Source: an uncultured Candidatus Rokubacteria bacterium
Lineage (GTDB): Bacteria > Methylomirabilota > Methylomirabilia > Rokubacteriales > CSP1-6
Direction: 5' to 3'
Length of the DNA stretch: 64,000 nt
Assembly (NCBI GenBank): GCA_963758635.1
Contig: CAVWWD010000007.1
Span: 320,001 to 384,000, forward strand
The translations under genes were made by a program, and so were the position numbers. Below, in pieces: positions 8,841-19,441 of this stretch; the first letter of the stretch is position 1, and every line of letters begins with the position of its first letter. The notes below the pieces were generated by a model, which did no database searches, had not been told where the DNA came from, and saw only the letters and a program-made list of their open reading frames with translations.

Positions 8841-9647
8841 TCACATCGCGTGACCGCCCCGGAGTGCGGTCACGAGATCCGGACGCAAGGCCACCGCCAC
8901 GCCGAGGAGCAGGAACGCTGCCCCGGTGGCGCGCGCGATCCATTCTCCCCGCGGCAGCAGCTTCTCCGCCGCCACCACCGCAGTGATGAGCAGCACCCAG
9001 GCGAGGCCCATCGCGCCCGCGGCCACGAGGACCACCATGAGCGCCCAGCAGCATCCGAGACAATACATCGCGTGGGCCCAGCCGAGGGCAAGACTGCCCC
9101 GGAGCCCCGCGCGCCAGTGGCCGAGCAGGAACCCCAGCGGGCTCCGGCACACGCGCAGGCACGACTGCTTGAGAGGCGATAGCTGGAACATCCCCGCGGC
9201 GACCAGGATGCCGGCGACGCCGTAGGCAAAGGCGCGCGGGGAGAGCGCCATCAGGCCGGTGTGGGCGAGGTACACCGGAACCCCGGACGCCGCCCACACC
9301 GCGAGGTACACGAGCGTGAACACCGCGACGGGCACGCCCCTCGTCGGTGTCGCGGCATCGCCCCGCTGCGTCGCGCCGTACAGGCCGATCATCGGGAGCG
9401 CGCTCGGGAGCATCATCGCCGTCATCATGACGCCCCAGCTCGCGACGAAGGCGATCCCGTCGGCCACCGTCAGCGGCATGAACATGGTCATCATCATGTC
9501 GGGGGCCCAGAGGCTCGACCGGATGACGTCGGCCCAGGCCACCGCGGCGATCAGGAGCAGACCGATCGAGGTGACGATCGCGGTCCGATCACGGGCGGCA
9601 TCGAGGGACTCGTGGGGCGCCGGCATCCGACGAGCGGAGGGACCCAT
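8841..9647 (-). CDS. DUF2182 predicted metal-binding integral membrane protein
   Basis: 'WGVMMTAMMLPS', 'QLSPLKQSCLRVCRSP', 'YCLGCCWALM', 'AEK'. Confidence 0.85.
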   Translation of the reverse strand: MGPSARRMPAPHESLDAARDRTAIVTSIGLLLIAAVAWADVIRSSLWAPDMMMTMFMPLTVADGIAFVASWGVMMTAMMLPSALPMIGLYGATQRGDAATPTRGVPVAVFTLVYLAVWAASGVPVYLAHTGLMALSPRAFAYGVAGILVAAGMFQLSPLKQSCLRVCRSPLGFLLGHWRAGLRGSLALGWAHAMYCLGCCWALMVVLVAAGAMGLAWVLLITAVVAAEKLLPRGEWIARATGAAFLLLGVAVALRPDLVTALRGGHAM

Positions 9648-9778
9648 GGGCGCAGTCTACGCGGGGCGCGGAGGCAGAACAACGGCGCGGCGGGGAGCCG
9701 AGGAGAAGGTTCAGGGCGAGGCAGGCGATCATTGGATCGTCCTGGTGCTGCTCAGTTTGCGAACCGCCCGGGCGGTAA

Positions 9779-10816
9779 TCAGTAGCGCTCGGGCAGCGCG
9801 GTCCCCGTGTAGTAGGTCGAGGCGACGTCGCGGCCGGCGATACCCTGCGTGCCCTTGTACGCGTGCACGGCGGGGGCGAGGGGCCGGCGGCCGTCCAGCA
9901 TGAGCCAGAGCCGGAGCAGGTGCCGCTTCCGCGCGGGATCGGGGCCGTCCTCGAACGCCGTGCGGTTGTGAAGCATCGTGCAGTTGTTGAAGAAGATGAC
10001 CTCGCCGCGCCCGAGCGTGAACTCGAGCTTGACGTCGGCGCGGCGCGACACCTCCTCGAACGCGTCCAGCGCCGCGAGCTCGCGCTCGGTGAACGGCTGG
10101 CCGAGATCCTTGGCCGCCATCTCGATGTACGCGCGCAGGAACACCACGCTGAGCTCGCCTTCCCACTCGGACAGGACGGGCACCGGCGCGGCCGTGATCG
10201 GCGGCTCCCCGGGCAGCTCCTCGCCGCGGCGGTGGTACCGGAACCCGGCGAAGAGCGGCTCGAGCAGGTCGGGTCGCGTGGCGAGAATCTCGTTGTACAC
10301 GGTGTGGGCGCTCGCGTAGCCGCTCACGCCCCCGCGCATCGCCGGCTCGAGGCAGGCCATCCCGATCACGTCGCAGCGGTCGGTGTGCAGCGTCAGCTCG
10401 CGGCTGTTCCGATACGCGCGCTCGCGGCGGTCCTGGCCGCCCACGTCGGTGACGTGGCCGATGCGGTCGCCCATCGAGCTCTGGGACACCGCCCGGCCGA
10501 TGTGCGCGCCCAGGCCCCAGAAGATGGCGGTGAGCCGCTCCGGGGAGTAGCCGTCGAGGCCGCGCAGGACGACGAAGCCACGGCCGCCGAGCACCTCGTC
10601 GCGCCAGGCCGCCACGTCGGGGGCGAGGTCGCCGAGCGCGAAGTCCGCGGCGGACATCTCCTCGGGCGGGCGCCGGTCTGCGCCGGCGGCGGCGAGCGCG
10701 CGGTCGAGGCCGGCGCGCTGGACGGGCGTGAGCGTCACCGAGTAGGCGTCGGGCCCGGCGAAGTCGGCGGGGCGCCACGCGCTCGGGCCGGTCACGGGGA
10801 TGCGGGTCGCGATCAT
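9779..10816 (-). CDS. TauD/TfdA family Fe(II)/2-oxoglutarate dioxygenase
   Basis: HxD 'LHTDRCD', 'FNNCTMLHNRTAF', 'RHLLRLWL'. Confidence 0.88.
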   Translation of the reverse strand: MIATRIPVTGPSAWRPADFAGPDAYSVTLTPVQRAGLDRALAAAGADRRPPEEMSAADFALGDLAPDVAAWRDEVLGGRGFVVLRGLDGYSPERLTAIFWGLGAHIGRAVSQSSMGDRIGHVTDVGGQDRRERAYRNSRELTLHTDRCDVIGMACLEPAMRGGVSGYASAHTVYNEILATRPDLLEPLFAGFRYHRRGEELPGEPPITAAPVPVLSEWEGELSVVFLRAYIEMAAKDLGQPFTERELAALDAFEEVSRRADVKLEFTLGRGEVIFFNNCTMLHNRTAFEDGPDPARKRHLLRLWLMLDGRRPLAPAVHAYKGTQGIAGRDVASTYYTGTALPERY

Positions 10817-10841
10817 GACGGGGCCTCCGTCGTCCGGCGGG

Positions 10842-12221
10842 TCACACCATCGGCCAGCGCGAGCGCGGGAACGCCACGCCGGTCCGCGCGAGCAGGCGCT
10901 CGCCGATCTCCTGCACCTTCGCGTACAGGCGTCCCTCGTCCACGAAGGACTGCCGGTGGGCGTCGACCACGACCCGTCCATCGACCACGACGGTGTGGAT
11001 GCTGCGGCCGTCCGCGTTGTAGACGAGGTTGTTGACGGGGTTCCAGAGGGCCTGCCACTCCGGCCGCTGGGTGTCGAACAGCACGAGGTCCGCGCGCTTG
11101 CCCACCTCGATCGAGCCCAGGTCCTCGCCCACGCCGAGCGCTTCCGCCCCCGTCCGCGTGGCCATCTCCAGCGCGGCCTCCGCGGGCACCTGGCGCATGT
11201 CCTGGCGCGCGTCCTTGTACTGGATCGCCGCCATGTTCATGGTGCGCACCATGTCGAGGTGGTTCGAGTTGTTCGGCGAGTCGCACCCGAGGGCCACCTT
11301 CACGCCGGCGGCGAGCAGCTCCGGCATGCGGCCGTTCTCCGGCACGCCGCGCGCGCCCTTGGCCGCGGTCACCGGGCACATCGCCACCGTGGCCCCGGTG
11401 CGCGCCATGCACGCGATCTCCGCGTCGTCCACGCCCAGCGCGTGGGCCAGGCAGACGTTCGGGCCGAGCACGCCGATCGACTCCAGGTACTCGGTGGGCG
11501 TCCGGCCGTGGCGCGCCTGGGAGTCGGCGCGGGCCTTCGCCCCGCTGCCGTGGTGCAGGGTGAGGCTCGTCCCGTGCTGGTCGACCACGCGCTTGAGGCC
11601 CTGCAGCAGCTCCGCCGTGCACGTCTCGGGCGAGAACGGCATGGCCCACGCGCGGATCCGGCCGTCGAGGCGCCCGTGCCACTTGCCGATGAACGCATCC
11701 GAGCGCGCGATGGCGTCCTTCGTGGCGTGGCGGGGCAGGGTGAACGGGGCGTCGAGGTCGGTCACGCACTCGCCCAGGATGACGCGGATGCCCGCGTCGG
11801 TGTACGCCTGCAGGCACGCGTCGGGGAACTTCGTGCTGCCCGGGTCCACGAAGCACACCGTGCCGTTCTTGACGAGCTCCACGAGGCCGAGGAGCGTGGA
11901 GTGGTACTCCTCCTCCTCGGTCATCGCCGTCTGGAGCTTGAAAACGTGCGCGAGGGGGCTGCCCACGTCGTCCGGGAAGATGCCGCGCACCACGTGCGCG
12001 TAGCTGATGTGCATGTGGCCGTTGACGAAGCCCGGGGTGACGACGAGGTGGCGCGCGTCGATCACCCGGTCGGCGCGGACGCCGGCGAGGTCCGCGGCCT
12101 TGCCGACCTGACGGATGCGGCCGCCCTCCACGACGATCGCGGCGTCCTGGATGATCCGCCGGTCGTGGTCGACGGTGATGGCGTACCGCGCGTGGTCGAT
12201 CTTGAGGCTCTGGTCGGGCAT
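10842..12221 (-). CDS. Amidohydrolase family protein (MTA/SAH-deaminase/SsnA-like)
   Basis: 'PGFVNGHMH', 'LAHALGVD', 'VALGCD', 'GSIEVGKRADLV'. Confidence 0.88.
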   Translation of the reverse strand: MPDQSLKIDHARYAITVDHDRRIIQDAAIVVEGGRIRQVGKAADLAGVRADRVIDARHLVVTPGFVNGHMHISYAHVVRGIFPDDVGSPLAHVFKLQTAMTEEEEYHSTLLGLVELVKNGTVCFVDPGSTKFPDACLQAYTDAGIRVILGECVTDLDAPFTLPRHATKDAIARSDAFIGKWHGRLDGRIRAWAMPFSPETCTAELLQGLKRVVDQHGTSLTLHHGSGAKARADSQARHGRTPTEYLESIGVLGPNVCLAHALGVDDAEIACMARTGATVAMCPVTAAKGARGVPENGRMPELLAAGVKVALGCDSPNNSNHLDMVRTMNMAAIQYKDARQDMRQVPAEAALEMATRTGAEALGVGEDLGSIEVGKRADLVLFDTQRPEWQALWNPVNNLVYNADGRSIHTVVVDGRVVVDAHRQSFVDEGRLYAKVQEIGERLLARTGVAFPRSRWPMV

Positions 12222-12399
12222 GGCGGGGGACGGCCTCCTGGCGCTGGGGTGCGGAGAGCATGGCATCCCCGCGGGCCGCGCGCAAGACGCGCGCCGGCGG
12301 CCGCGGCGCGCGATCGGGCCGCCGCGGCGCGCGCGGCCGCGGTATGCTACCCGACGCGGAGCGGCCCGCACAGGCGCTCACCGCCCAAGGAGGCCGGTC

Positions 12400-12720
12400 A
12401 TGTTCTTCGAGCTGCGGCAGTACCACATCCGTCCCGGGCAGCAGGCGAGCTGGGTGAAGTGCATGGAGGAGGAGATCATCCCGTTCCAGGTGAAGATGGG
12501 CATGGTGATCCTCGGCAGCTTCGTCGGAGAGGAGGACGCGAGCGTCTACGTGTGGATCCGCCGGTTCGAGAGCGAGCCCGAGCGCAAGCGCCTCTACGAC
12601 GCCGTGTACCAGAGCGACTACTGGAAGAACGAGATCGCGCCGCGGGTCGGGACGATGATCGACCGCGAGCAGATCAAGGTCACCCGGCTGACGGCCACGC
12701 CGCACTCCGTCATCCAGTAG
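12400..12720 (+). CDS. NIPSNAP family protein
   Basis: 'FFELRQYHIRPG', 'YVWIRRFESEPER...Y.SDYW'; AGGAGG RBS. Confidence 0.85.
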   Translation: MFFELRQYHIRPGQQASWVKCMEEEIIPFQVKMGMVILGSFVGEEDASVYVWIRRFESEPERKRLYDAVYQSDYWKNEIAPRVGTMIDREQIKVTRLTATPHSVIQ

Positions 12721-12751
12721 CCGCGCCGACGCCCGCTCAAGGAGGCTTCTC

Positions 12752-13252
12752 ATGGATGCGAACGACAAGAAGACCGCGCTGCGCATGATCCCCTACGGCC
12801 TCTACGTGCTCACCGCCGAGAGCAAGAGCGGCACCGCCGCGGCCACCGTGAACTGGGTGACGCAGGTGTCCTTCGTTCCCGCGCTGGTCGCGGTGGGCGT
12901 GAAGGCCGACTCGGGGGCGCACGGCATCATCAAGGAGTCGGGATCCTTCGCCCTCAACGTGCTCGGCAAGGGCCAGCAGGCCCTCGCGTACACGTTCTTC
13001 AAGCCCGCCGACCGCCAGGGCTCGACGATCTCGGGCGAGGCGTTTCGCGCGGGGGCGACCGGCTCGCCCATCCTCGCGAGCACGCCCGCCTACGTCGAGT
13101 GCCGGCTGGTGGAGACGGTCGAGAAGGGCGATCACTCCGTGTTCATCGGCGAGGTGGTGGAGGCCGGCGTGGCCAAGGCCCCCGAGGGCCGCGCCGACGA
13201 CGCGACGCTCTGGCTCAAGGACCTGGGCGACAAGGTCTTCTACGGCGGGTAG
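12752..13252 (+). CDS. Flavin reductase family protein
   Basis: 'IPYGLYVLT', 'FALNVL', 'GSPIL...ECR...GDHSVFIGEVV'. Confidence 0.9.
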   Translation: MDANDKKTALRMIPYGLYVLTAESKSGTAAATVNWVTQVSFVPALVAVGVKADSGAHGIIKESGSFALNVLGKGQQALAYTFFKPADRQGSTISGEAFRAGATGSPILASTPAYVECRLVETVEKGDHSVFIGEVVEAGVAKAPEGRADDATLWLKDLGDKVFYGG

Positions 13253-13359
13253 GGACCACCTCGGCCGCGGCGCGGCCCGGGGGCGCCGGACGGCTCTCCC
13301 GGGCCGCCGCTCACGCGCGGTCGCGGGCAAGCGCGCGCGCCTCGCCCGGCAGACCGCTC

Positions 13360-13755
13360 TCACGCGTACATCGGCTGGGCGTCCACGAGGCGCAGCCAGC
13401 CACGGACCACCCGGTAGACGAACCACAGGCCGACCACGGCGAGGGGCAGCCACGCGATGATCATCCCGATGCCGAGCGTGGCCACGACGAAGGCCATGCA
13501 GACGCCGGCCCAGAGCAGGCCGAACCAGAACGTGCGGATCTGCCAGCGGAAGTGGGAGTCGAGCCAGGTGCCGCGCGCCTCGCTCCGCTTCACGTAGTTC
13601 AGGATCACGGCGATGATCGACGGCCACCCGGTCAGGAACGCGCCGACGATGGTGGCCGCGCCGATGATGCCGGTGAGGAGGCTCAGCGCGTGAAGCGCGT
13701 AGATCGCGTGCGTGAGCGTGACGAGCGACGGGTTCGGCGCGGCGGGGACGCTCAC
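13360..13755 (-). CDS. Small membrane protein (DUF4870-like)
   Basis: 'IIAVILNYVKR...WLDSHFRWQIRTFW', 'WFVYRVVRGWLRL'. Confidence 0.75.
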   Translation of the reverse strand: MSVPAAPNPSLVTLTHAIYALHALSLLTGIIGAATIVGAFLTGWPSIIAVILNYVKRSEARGTWLDSHFRWQIRTFWFGLLWAGVCMAFVVATLGIGMIIAWLPLAVVGLWFVYRVVRGWLRLVDAQPMYA

Positions 13756-13789
13756 GGCCGGGCCACCGGCGGCGGCGGGGCCGCCGCGC

Positions 13790-14968
13790 TCATGCCCCCG
13801 CGCGCGCCTTCCGGAACGCGCGCTCGAAGCCGGGGAGCGCGCGCGCCACGGTGTCGCGCGTCACGGTGAGGGAGATGCGCATGTGCCCCGACATGCCGAA
13901 GCCCGAGCCGGGCACGGTGAGCACGTTCTCCTCGGCGAGCATCCGCACGAACGCCACGTCATCCGGGATGGGCGTGCGCGGGAACACGTAGAAGGCGCCG
14001 CTCGGCTTCACGCACTCGTAGCCGATCCGGGTGAGGCCCTCGTACATGAGGTCGCGCTTGTCCCGGTACGGCGCGACGTCGATCACCTGGTCCCCCACCT
14101 CGGCCACCACCCACTGCCAGAGCGCGGGGGCGTTGACGAACCCGAGCACCCGGCTCGTGAACGTGCACGCCTCGAAGATCTCGGCCGCCTCCGGCATGCG
14201 CGGCGAGAACGCGAGGTAGCCGATCCGCTCGCCGGGAATGGCGAGCGACTTCGACCACGAGGTGGCGATGATGGCTCGGGTCACGAGCGGCGGCACCTCC
14301 GGCGGCATCACGTCGTCGAACACGAGGGCCCGGTACGGCTCGTCGCTGATCAGCACGATCGGGCGCCCGACCCGCGCGAGGAGCGCCTCGATCTCCTCGA
14401 ACGCGGACGCCGGGTAGATCACGCCGCTCGGGTTGTTGGGCGAGTTGACGAGGATGGCCTTCGTCCGCGGGGTGATCGCGGCCTCGATCCGGGCCACGTC
14501 GGGCGTCAGGTCGGCCCGGGGCGGCACGACGACGAGCCGGCCCCCGTGGTTCTCCGCGTAGTACACGTACTCGACGAAGAACGGCGCGACGGTGATGACC
14601 TCGTCGCCGGGGTCGAGAAGCGCCTTGAGCACGATGTTCAGCGCCGCGCCCGCGCCCACCGTCATGATCACGTGGCCCGCCGTGTACGGCAGCCCGGTGG
14701 CCACGCTCAGCCGTCGCGCCACCGCCTCGCGCACCGCGACGTGGCCCGCGTTCGGCATGTAGGCGTGCAGGTGGCGCTCGGGGCTGTCGAGCACCCGCCG
14801 GGCGGCGGCGAGCACGGCGGGCGGCGGCTCGATCTCCGGGTTGCCCAGCGTGAAGTCGAAGACCTTGTCCGCGCCGCGCTCCTGCTTCAGGCGGGCGCCC
14901 TCCTCGAACATGCGGCGGATCCAGGATGCCTTCTTGAGGTTCTCGCTGACGGCGCCGGCGATGATCAT
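13790..14968 (-). CDS. PLP-dependent class I/II aminotransferase (aspartate aminotransferase-like)
   Basis: 'SWIRRMFEEG', 'NSPNNPSG', 'ISDEPY', 'SWSKSLAIPGERIGY'. Confidence 0.92.
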   Translation of the reverse strand: MIIAGAVSENLKKASWIRRMFEEGARLKQERGADKVFDFTLGNPEIEPPPAVLAAARRVLDSPERHLHAYMPNAGHVAVREAVARRLSVATGLPYTAGHVIMTVGAGAALNIVLKALLDPGDEVITVAPFFVEYVYYAENHGGRLVVVPPRADLTPDVARIEAAITPRTKAILVNSPNNPSGVIYPASAFEEIEALLARVGRPIVLISDEPYRALVFDDVMPPEVPPLVTRAIIATSWSKSLAIPGERIGYLAFSPRMPEAAEIFEACTFTSRVLGFVNAPALWQWVVAEVGDQVIDVAPYRDKRDLMYEGLTRIGYECVKPSGAFYVFPRTPIPDDVAFVRMLAEENVLTVPGSGFGMSGHMRISLTVTRDTVARALPGFERAFRKARAGA

Positions 14969-15071
14969 TGCCGAAGTATAGGCCACGATCGCGCTCCGCG
15001 GCGGCCGTGGCTCGCCGTGGGCCGCGCCGCGCCGGGCGCCGCGGGGAACATGGCGCCGGTACAATCGACGC

Positions 15072-15983
15072 ATGGTGCCCTTGCTCGAGGCGCGAGCGCT
15101 GGCCAAGCGGCTGGGCGGCCGGCGGGTCGTCGACGGCGTGGACCTCGTGTGCCGCGCGGGCGAGATCCACGGCCTCCTCGGGCCCAACGGCGCGGGGAAG
15201 ACCACGACCCTGCGCATGCTCTACGGCTTCCTGACCCCGGACGAGGGCGAGATCCGATTCGAGGGTCAGGCCGTCGGCCGGCACCTGGCGCGCGTCAAGC
15301 GCCACGTGGGGGTGTCCACCCAGGAGGACACCCTCGACGTGGACTTCACGGTGCGGCAGAACCTCGAGATCGCCGCCGAGTACTTCCGGCCCCGGCCCGC
15401 GCGCCTGCGCGAGCGCGTGGAGGAGCTGATGGCCCGGTTCGCCCTGGCGCAGTACGCGCGCCACCGGCCGGAGGAGCTGTCGGGCGGGTACCGGCGACGG
15501 CTCATGCTGGCGCGCTCGATCGTGCACCGGCCGCGGCTGCTCTTCCTGGACGAGCCCACCACCGGGCTCGATCCGCAGGCGCGCGTGGGCGTGTGGGAGC
15601 TGGTCGACGGGCTTCGCGCCGACGGGCTCGGCATCGTCCTCACCACGCACTACATGGACGAGGCGGAGCGGCTGAGCGACGTGCTCACCGTGCTGGCCCG
15701 CGGCCGCGTGGTCGCCAACGGCACGCCGAAGAGCGTGCTCGGCGACCTCGTGGGCGAGCACGTCGTGGTCGTGGACGCCCAGGCCGCGGCGGCCGGCGGC
15801 CTTCCGGCGTGGCTGGCCCGCCACGGCCGCCCCGATCCCGCCAACGTGCTCGGGGCGTGGCACCTGCCGCTCTCCGGCGAGGCCCTGGGCGACTTCGCGC
15901 GCGCGTTCCCGGACCTCCGCTACGAGGTGCGGCTGCCGACGCTCGACGACCTGTTCCTCAAGCGGGCGCTGGACCCATGCTGA
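15072..15983 (+). CDS. ABC-2 exporter ATP-binding protein (NodI-like)
   Basis: Walker A 'GPNGAGKTT', 'LSGG', 'FLDEPTTGLDPQAR', 'TTHYMDEAE'. Confidence 0.92.
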   Translation: MVPLLEARALAKRLGGRRVVDGVDLVCRAGEIHGLLGPNGAGKTTTLRMLYGFLTPDEGEIRFEGQAVGRHLARVKRHVGVSTQEDTLDVDFTVRQNLEIAAEYFRPRPARLRERVEELMARFALAQYARHRPEELSGGYRRRLMLARSIVHRPRLLFLDEPTTGLDPQARVGVWELVDGLRADGLGIVLTTHYMDEAERLSDVLTVLARGRVVANGTPKSVLGDLVGEHVVVVDAQAAAAGGLPAWLARHGRPDPANVLGAWHLPLSGEALGDFARAFPDLRYEVRLPTLDDLFLKRALDPC

Positions 15984-16826
15984 CCGCGGGCGACGCGCCC
16001 GCGCGCCCGTCGCCGCTGCCCGGCTGGCTCACGGCGGCGTTCGACTGGCAGAGCCGGGCGGTGGTCCGCCGCCACATGAGCGTGTACCTCCGGAACTGGC
16101 ACACCGCGTTCCTGCCGCCCGCGGTGGAGCCGGTCACGATGCTGCTCGCCTTCGGCCTCGGGCTCGGCGGCTACGTCGACCGCGTGCCGTGGCAGGGCGA
16201 GCGCATCGACTACCTGAGCTTCGTGGCCCCCGGGCTCCTCGCGTACGCCACGTACATGTCGGCGGTGTTCCAGTCCCTCTACGGCGCCTTCATCCGGATG
16301 CGGTACCAGAAGACCTGGGAAGGCCAGCTCACGACGCAGGTCGAGCTCCGGCACGTGGTGTGGGGCGAGGTGCTGTGGGCCGCGCTGCTCGCGACCAGCT
16401 ACGTCGCGATCGTCGCGATCGTGCTCACCGCGTTCACGGTGGCGGGCCTCGTGAGCCTGGATCTCGCCTGGCTCCCCGTCACGCTGCCCATCGCCTTCGT
16501 CGCGGCGTGCGCCTTCGGCGCCTTCGGGCTCCTCTTCACCGCGGTCATGCCGACGATCGACCACATGAACATCCCCGTGTTCCTCGTCGTCATCCCGATG
16601 GGCCTGCTCTCCGGCACGTACTTCCCCGATCCAGCATCCGGCGCTCGCCGCGCTGTCCCAGCTGAACCCCGTGTACCACCTGGCCCAGGGCTATCGCGGC
16701 CTGCTCCTCGGCGGCCCCGTGCTCGTCCACCTGGCGAGCCTGCTCGCGCTGTCGGCGGTGATCGTGTCCGTGCTCGTGCCGCTCGACCTGCGACTGCTCC
16801 GGCGGCGCGTGCTGGGGGACGAGTGA
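15977..16826 (+). CDS. ABC-2 exporter permease (NodJ-like; apparent +1 frameshift near 16625)
   Basis: 'EP..MLLAFGLGLG', 'YLSFVAPGL', 'LSGTYFP', then the shifted frame 'QLNPVYHL'. Confidence 0.82.
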
Positions 16827-16851
16827 ACCGCGCGCGCCGTAAGCTTCCAGC

Positions 16852-18541
16852 ATGAGCACTGTGCTGACCGTGCTGACCCACGCGCGTGGGCGAGCCGGGG
16901 TGACGCTGATCGTGCTGTTCGCGATCTGCGTGACCACATCGGCCCTCGCCCAGCCCGCCACCAAGCCCGACGGCCCGCCCGCCACGAAGCCGGACCCCCG
17001 GCGACCTCCGAAGCCCGACGGCGTGCCGGCAGCGAAGCCCGATGCGTCGCCCGCGCCAAAGTCCGAGGAGCCGTCCGCGAAGCCGCCCGACGCGTCGTCC
17101 GCACGTCCCGTGGACGCGTTTCTCGATGCCGACCGCGTGATGGCGTCACTGAACCGCGCGCTCGCCTGGTACCGCCAGGCGCGCATCGTCATGCGCTCCA
17201 TCGCGAGCATGGGGGTGTTCGCCCGCGCCGACGAGCAGACGGCCCTCCGGCTCCTCGGCCGCGCGTTCGACGCGGCACGGGCGGAGGCCGCGCTGATGGG
17301 CCGCGAGATGAGCGGTGCGGCCAGTCCGCAAGGACGCCGGGCCGAGGAGCGGGCGAAGCTACAGGCCAGCATCCGCACTGGCGAGGAACGGCTCGAGCGG
17401 CTCCGCGCCCGCCTCCGCGCCGCGCCTCCGCGCGAGCGGCGGGGGCTCGAGCAGGGGGCGGCGGCGGCCGCGAACACGCTCGAGCTGGAACGCGCGCGCC
17501 TCGAGTTCGTCACCCAGATGCAGGAACTCGATGCGTCGCTGGCCGGCTCGGACGACGACCTCGATCACCAGATCGCGGCGCTCCGGGAGTCGGTTCCCGA
17601 GCTGCGCACCGCCGATCCCCCCGCCGTGCCCGGAGCCGCGCTGAGCACCAGCGCGGGGACGTGGGTCCTCCTGCAGCGCTTGATCGGCTTGTGGCGCAGC
17701 CGGCGCAGTCTCGAGGAGCTGCGCGAGGCGACGATGGAGCTCGGGCGCGGGATCGACGAGGACATGAAATCTGTCCGCGCGACGGTCCGCCCCATCAACG
17801 CGCGCCTGCGGGCGCTCGCCAAGGACCCGGCAGAGGCGGGAGCCTCACTGGCCGACAGTACGCGACAGTTTCGCGAGCTGCTGGAGCGTCGGAAGGCCCT
17901 GGGCGCGGTGATCCTGCCGCTGCGCGAGCAGGCTGCCCTCGCCCGACGGTATGCCTCCGATCTGCAGGGCTGGAAGGAGGCGGTGGACCGCGAGTCTCGT
18001 CAGGCTCTCCAGGCCCTCGGCCTCGACCTGCTGGGCGTGGTCGCCGCGCTCGCCGTCGTGCTCATCGGCGGGGCCCTGTGGCGGATCGCCACGCTCCGGT
18101 ACGTCACCGACCCCGCCCGCCGTCGTCTACTTGCTGACGGCGCGCAGCGTGGTCGTCGTGGTGGCGCTCGGCCTCGTGGTGGTGTTCCACTTCACGAGCG
18201 AGATCGCCGCCCTCGTGACCGTCCTCGGCTTCGCGGCAGCCGGCATCGCGTTCGCGCTCCAGAACGTCATCCTCGCCGTGGCTGGCTACTTCACCATGGT
18301 GGCGCCGAACGGCATCCGCGTGGGCGACCAGGTCAGCCTCCAGGGACCGTTCGGGTACGTACACGGCGAGGTGTCGGAGATCGGCCTGACGCGCGTCAAG
18401 CTCCGCGAGCTGGGGGGCGATCCCCTGCGGCCCACCGGCCGCGTGGTCGTCTTTCCGAACTCGGTGGTCTTCACGGGGACCTTCTTCAAGGAGCCGCCGG
18501 GAGGATCGCCGGCAGGGGACAACGTCAGGCCGACGCCGTGA
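16852..18541 (+). CDS. MscS-family mechanosensitive channel with long coiled-coil N-terminus (apparent frameshift near 18125)
   Basis: Signal peptide, Pro/Lys repeats and coiled coil, then in a second frame 'LGFAAAGIAFALQNVILAVAGYF...IRVGD...GEVSEIGL...VFPNS'. Confidence 0.78.
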
Positions 18542-18673
18542 CGCGGAAGCGCCAGGGGTCGCCCGTGCCGGACGACGTGGCCGGCCACCGGATGGTGGAA
18601 GTGCTCATGCCGAGCACGAGGCACGAGCACCGGTCAGACATCCGACGGGCGAGCCCGGCGCCGCTGAGAGCGA

Positions 18674-18706
18674 AACCGGCGACTGCCGCATTGGCAGTCG
18701 CCGGTT
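18674..18706. terminator. 14-bp perfect hairpin between convergent genes
   Basis: AACCGGCGACTGCC-gcatt-GGCAGTCGCCGGTT. Confidence 0.7.
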
Positions 18707-18739
18707 GGAAACGCCGGGCGATGAGTCTTTGCGAGCGCT

Positions 18740-19354
18740 CTAGCGCCGGCGCCGGGCCACCCCCATGCCGACGAGCCCGAGGCCGACCAGCACCAGCGGC
18801 GCGGGGCCCGGCACCTGCGTCGTCGTCCCCGTGCCCGTGCCGTACAGCGAGAGATGGGAGAGATCCTTCCCTGCGTACATCTGCCACTCGCCGCAGATGT
18901 CCGCGCCCGCGGGCTTGTTGGCGATGGAGCAGCCGCCCTCCAGATCGAGATAGAAGTACGCCCACTTGGCCCCGTTGCCCGCGTCTTGGCCGTCCTTGAT
19001 GACCAGCACCAGATCCTCGAAGTTCAGCGAATCCAGGTCGACGAACCAGTTGCCGGCGTTCGAATTGTCGCCCGTGTTCTGCAGGGCGCCGTTGTTCGAG
19101 CCGCTGCCGTCATCATCGCTCTTGTCGATCAGCGTCCACGTGCCGCCGAGCAGCGTGACTATCTCCCCTTCCGAGTCGTTGTTGCTGCCGGCGAGGCCGA
19201 GGCCGCAGCTGGTGGTCGTCTTCGCGCCGGTAATGAACGAGTCCGGGTCTGTCGTGTCAACCGTGCACGTGGCGGCCTGGCCGACAGCCGCCCAGCCCAG
19301 CATGGCCAGGCTGGCCACGAACCCGAACGTCATGCCCCTTTTCAGCAGTCCCAT
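18740..19354 (-). CDS. Secreted protein with PEP-CTERM-like sorting signal (VPGP variant)
   Basis: Signal peptide '...GWAAVGQA', D/G/S/T/N-rich body, C-terminus 'QVPGPAPLVLVGLGLVGMGVARRRR'. Confidence 0.8.
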   Translation of the reverse strand: MGLLKRGMTFGFVASLAMLGWAAVGQAATCTVDTTDPDSFITGAKTTTSCGLGLAGSNNDSEGEIVTLLGGTWTLIDKSDDDGSGSNNGALQNTGDNSNAGNWFVDLDSLNFEDLVLVIKDGQDAGNGAKWAYFYLDLEGGCSIANKPAGADICGEWQMYAGKDLSHLSLYGTGTGTTTQVPGPAPLVLVGLGLVGMGVARRRR

Positions 19355-19425
19355 CTCTCCTATCCCCTTTTCTTCTTTTCGGTGTGACCGACGCAGGTGG
19401 CGTTCTCGGCCCGGCGGGGTGTAGG

Positions 19426-19441
19426 AGCAGGATGTGTGCCA
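19426..19441 (-). promoter_or_regulatory. Sigma-54 (-24/-12) promoter candidate
   Basis: Minus strand TGGCACACATCCTGCT = GG-N10-GC, about 70 bp upstream of the ATG. Confidence 0.65.

Noticed and set aside
16620..16635. Programmed ribosomal frameshifting at the frame breaks
   Set aside because: No slippery heptamers or stimulatory structures; gene families not known for it; pattern fits sequencing error
13712..16855. Very long ORFs in the track (e.g. 13712-16855, 24989-28228, 35043-38402, 2555-5005)
   Set aside because: Shadow frames of real genes in high-GC DNA joined to a real downstream CDS; only the recognisable parts were annotated
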